Of a stretch of 64,000 nucleotides of DNA, positions 60,601 through 64,000 are shown one piece after another. Under the pieces are notes generated by a model that ran no database searches, was not told where the DNA came from, and saw nothing but the letters and a program-made list of their open reading frames with translations. A program made the translations under genes and the position numbers. Each line of letters starts with the position of its first letter. Position 1 is the stretch's first letter. The DNA is from the human T2T-CHM13v2.0 reference genome, Homo sapiens: NCBI RefSeq assembly GCF_009914755.1, contig NC_060945.1, one strand, 5' to 3'.

Positions 60601-62960
60601 ATAATGGAATGGAATGGAATCAACAGGAATGCAATGGAACGGAATGGAATGGGATGGGACAGAATGGAGTGGAATGGAAGTTAATCAACACGAATGGAAT
60701 GGAACGGAATGGAATGGAATGGAATGGAATGGAATGAACCCGAATGGAATGGAATGGATTGGAATGGAATGGAATGGAATCAAACCGAGTGGAAAGGAAT
60801 AGAATGGATTGGAGTGGAATGGAATGGAATGGAATGGAATGGAATGGAATGGAATGGAATGGAATGGAATGGAATCAACACAAACGGAATGGAATGGGAT
60901 GGGATGGAATGGAATGGAATGGAATGGAAGTTAATCAACACGAATGGAATGTATCTGAATGGAATGGAATGGAATGAACACGAATGGAATGGAATGAATC
61001 CGAATGGAATGGAATGGATTGGAATGGAATGGAATGGAATCAACCCGAGCGGAAAGGAATGAAATGGAATGCAGTGGAATGGAATGTAATATAATGGAAT
61101 GGAATGGAATCAACAGGAATGGAATGGAACGGAATGGAATGGGATGGGATGGAATGGAGTGGAATGGAAGTTAATCAACACGAATGGAATGGAACGGAAT
61201 GGAATGGAATGGAATGGAATGGAATGAACTCGAATGGAATGGAATGGATTGGAATGGAATGGAATGGAGTCAACCCGAGCGGAAAGGAATGGAATGGAGT
61301 GGAATGGAAAGTAATGGAATGGAATGGAATCAAAACGAATGGAATGGAATGGAATGGAATGAAATGGAATGGGATGGGATGGAATGGAATGGAATGGAAG
61401 TTAATCAACACGAATGGAATGGAACGGAATGGAATGGAAAGGAATAGAACGGAATGGAATGGAATGGAATGAAATGGAAAGGAACGGAATGGAATCAACA
61501 CGAGTGGAATGGAATGGAACATAATGGAATCAACCCGAGTGGAATGAAGTGGAATGTAATGCAATGGGATGGAGTGGAATCAACCCGAGTGTAATGGAAT
61601 GGAATGGAATAGAATGAAATGGAATTGATGTGAATGGAATCCAATGGAATCAACAGGAATGGAATGGAATGGAATGGAATGGAATGGAATGGAATAAATC
61701 CGGGTGGAGTGCAATGGAATGTAAAGGAGTGGAATGCAATGGAATTTAGTGGAATGGAATGGAATGGAATGGAATGGAATGGAATGAAATGGATTGGATC
61801 GGAATGGAATCCAATGGAATCAACTGGAATGGAATGTAATGGAATGGAATGGAATGGAATAAATCCGGGTGGAGTGGAATGGAATGAAATGAAGTGGAAT
61901 GGAATGGAATTAATGGAATGGAATGGAATCAACCCGAATGGAATGGAACGCAATGGAATGGAATGGAATGGAATGGAATGGAATCAACCCGAATGGGATG
62001 GCATGGAATGGAATTGAATAGAATGGAATGGAATGTAATGGAATGGAATGGAATGGAATCAACTCAAGTGCAATGGAATGGACTGGAATGCAATGCAATC
62101 CACCCGAGTGGAATGGAATTGAGTGGAATGAAATGGAATAGATTGGAATGGAATGGAGTGGAATGGAACGGAATGGAGTGGAATGGAATAAACACCGGGG
62201 GAATGAAATGGATTGGAATGAAATGGAATGGAATGGAATGGAATGTAATGGAATGGAATGGAATGAAATCAACCCGAGTGGAATGGAACGGAATGCAATG
62301 GAATGGAAAGGAATGAATGGAATGGAATGGTGTGGAATCAACACGAGAGGAATGGAATGGAATGGAATGGAACGGAACGGAATGGAAAGGAATGGAATGG
62401 AATGAACCGGAATGGAATGGAATGGATTGGAATGGAATGGAATGGAATCAACCCGAGCGGAAAGGAATAGAATGGATTGGAGTGGAATGGAATGGAATGG
62501 AATGGAATGGAATGGAATGGAATCAACACAAACGGAATGGAATGGAATGGAATGGGATGGGATGGAATGGAATGGAATGGAATGGAAGTTAATCAACACG
62601 AATGGAATGTATCTGAATGGAATGGAATGGAATGAACACGAATGGAATGGAATGAATCCGAATGGAATGGAATGGATTGGAATGGAATGGAATGGAATCA
62701 ACCCGAGCGGAAAGGAATGAAATGGAATGCAGTGGAATGGAATGTAATATAATGGAATGGAATGGAATCAACAGGAATGGAATGGAACGGAATGGAATGG
62801 GATGGGATGGAATGGAGTGGAATGGAAGTTAATCAACACGAATGGAATGGAACGGAATGGAATGGAATGGAATGGAATGGAATGAACCCGAATGGAATGG
62901 AATGGATTGGAATGGAATGGAATGGAATCAACCCGAGCGGAAAGGAATGGAATGGAATGG
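57670..62960 (+). repeat. ~2.15-kb higher-order repeat (~2.5 copies) with nested ~480-490-bp internal duplication, abutting the HSat1A junction
   Basis: Unit starts (CAACCCGAATGGGATGGCAT) at 57679, 59817 and 61985. The private motif GTATCTGAAT occurs at ~58328, 58808, 60461, 60951 and 62609. Confidence 0.9.
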
Positions 62961-63035
62961 AGTGGAATGTAATGGAATGTAATGGAATGGAATGGAATGG
63001 AAAGGAGTGAAATCAACACGAATGGAATGGAACGG

Positions 63036-64000
63036 TATTATATACTGTAAATAAAATATCAAAGTACACCAAATATATATTCTATACTGTACATAAAATA
63101 CCAAAGTCCGCCAAATATATATTCTATACTGAACATAAAATATCAAACTACCCAAACATATATTGTATACTGTACATAACATATCAAAGTACCAAATTAT
63201 ATATTTTATACTCTATATAAAATATCAAAGTACCCAAACTATACATTATATATATTACATAAAATAAGAACTTGCATCAAATATATATTATATTAGATAC
63301 ATAAAATATGAAATTACATCAAATATATATTATATACTGTACATAAAATATCAAAGAACCCCAAATATAAATTGTATACTGTACATGAAATATCAAAGTT
63401 CACAAACTATATATTATATACTGTACAAAAAATATGAAAGTACCCAAAGTAGATATTCTATACTGTACAAAAAATACCAAAGTACCCAAAGCATGTATTA
63501 TATACTGTACATAAAATATGAAAGTTCATAAAATATATATTTTATTCTCTACATAAAATATCAAAGTACACCAAATATATACTCTATACTTTACATAAAA
63601 TTTCAAAGTACACAAACATTTATTGTGAACTGTAAATAAAATATCAAAGTAACCAAACTATATATTTTATATTGTACATAAAAAATCAAAGTACCCAAAC
63701 TATAGATTTTATACTGTACATAAAATATCAAAGTACACCAAATATATACTCTATACTGTTCATACAATATCAAAGCACCCAAACAAGTATTATATACTGT
63801 ACATAATATATCAAAGTACACCAAATATATAATCTATACTGTACATAAAATAACAAAGTACATCAAATACATATTCTATACTGTACATAAAATATCAAAA
63901 TACCCAAACATATATTGTATACTGTACATAATATATCAAAGCACCAAAATTATATATTTTACACTATACATAAAATATCAAAGTACCCAAACTATACATT
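63036..64000 (+). repeat. Human Satellite 1A (satellite I / SAR), AT-rich 41-42 bp tandem monomers, ~23 copies visible; continues downstream
   Basis: Monomer approximately ACATAAAATATCAAAGT + ACACCAAATATATATTCTATACTGT, matching the classical 17+25 bp satellite I unit. AAAGT anchors at 63061, 63103, 63145, 63186, 63227 ... 63938, 63980, spaced 41-42 bp. Confidence 0.93.

Larger units (their letters stand above)
1..63035 (+). repeat. Human Satellite 3 (HSat3 / satellite III) array, (GGAAT)n with interspersed CAAC(C/A)CGA(A/G)T decamers; continues upstream of the window
   Basis: Continuous GGAAT pentamers on the + strand (CATTC on the - strand) with recurrent CAACCCGAGT/CAACCCGAAT/CAACACGAAT interruptions, the classical SatIII signature. 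The HSat2 repeat (CATTCGATTC-type, i.e. frequent GAATCGAATG/ATCATC on this strand) is not the dominant pattern. Confidence 0.97.

Noticed and set aside
26-63019. Hundreds of ORFs encoding (MEWNG)n on + and (FHSIP)n on -, up to 359 aa (e.g. 38306-39385, 44229-45182, 7754-8704)
   Set aside because: GGAAT/ATTCC has no stop codon in any frame and supplies ATG every 5 nt on the + strand, so a 5-aa repeat appears automatically in all frames. The ORFs overlap on both strands and show no domains or gene structure.
1-63035. CRISPR-like look of conserved CAAC(C/A)CGA motifs separated by spacers
   Set aside because: The spacers are GGAAT runs of variable length, not unique sequence. There are no cas genes or leader, and the context is eukaryotic satellite.
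1-63035. Resemblance to the SCA31 (TGGAA)n expansion and its poly-WNGME product
   Set aside because: The pentamer is the same, but this is a >63-kb motif-punctuated satellite with no flanking BEAN1/TK2 intronic sequence or TAAAA/TAGAA tracts.
1-63035. Assignment to HSat2, DYZ1 (~3.6 kb unit) or D15Z1 (~1.8 kb unit)
   Set aside because: The HSat2 motif is not dominant and there is no regular 3.6- or 1.8-kb period. The ~1.8-kb mean spacing of the module-E slip averages very uneven gaps. Subfamily assignment needs k-mer comparison.
62928-63824. Minus-strand ORFs 62928-63182 and 63603-63824 with hydrophobic 14-aa periodicity
   Set aside because: These are translations of the 42-bp HSat1A monomer (42/3 = 14 aa), with no coding evidence.
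63036-64000. TATA-like and AATAAA-like words in the AT-rich tail
   Set aside because: They are expected from the composition of the HSat1A monomer, and no associated transcription unit is visible.
1-64000. Embedded Alu, L1, alpha-satellite or beta-satellite insertion, or an inversion
   Set aside because: I saw no non-satellite island, poly-A tail or target-site duplication, and no (ATTCC)n tract on the + strand.

Overview
This window is entirely primate (most likely human) classical satellite DNA; I find no credible protein-coding gene, RNA gene, transposon or CRISPR array. Positions 1-63035 are a single-orientation Human Satellite 3 (HSat3/SatIII) array: (GGAAT)n on the + strand, punctuated by CAAC(C/A)CGA(A/G)T-type decamers and other recurrent variant motifs. 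At 63035/63036 it switches abruptly to an AT-rich 41-42 bp tandem repeat matching HSat1A (satellite I/SAR), which runs off the window end. All listed ORFs (MEWNG / FHSIP repeats) are arithmetic by-products of the repeats. The real structure lies inside the satellite: (i) a cyclic order of motif modules that almost always preserves the 5-bp register; (ii) nested tandem duplications of different ages (6,654 bp near-identical; ~3.9, ~3.1, ~2.15, ~1.9, ~1.4, ~1.23, ~0.83 and ~0.48 kb); (iii) a possible 18-monomer (752 bp) higher-order period in HSat1A. I found no new biological system. Alignments were done by eye, so sub-repeat boundaries are approximate unless single-base positions are given.
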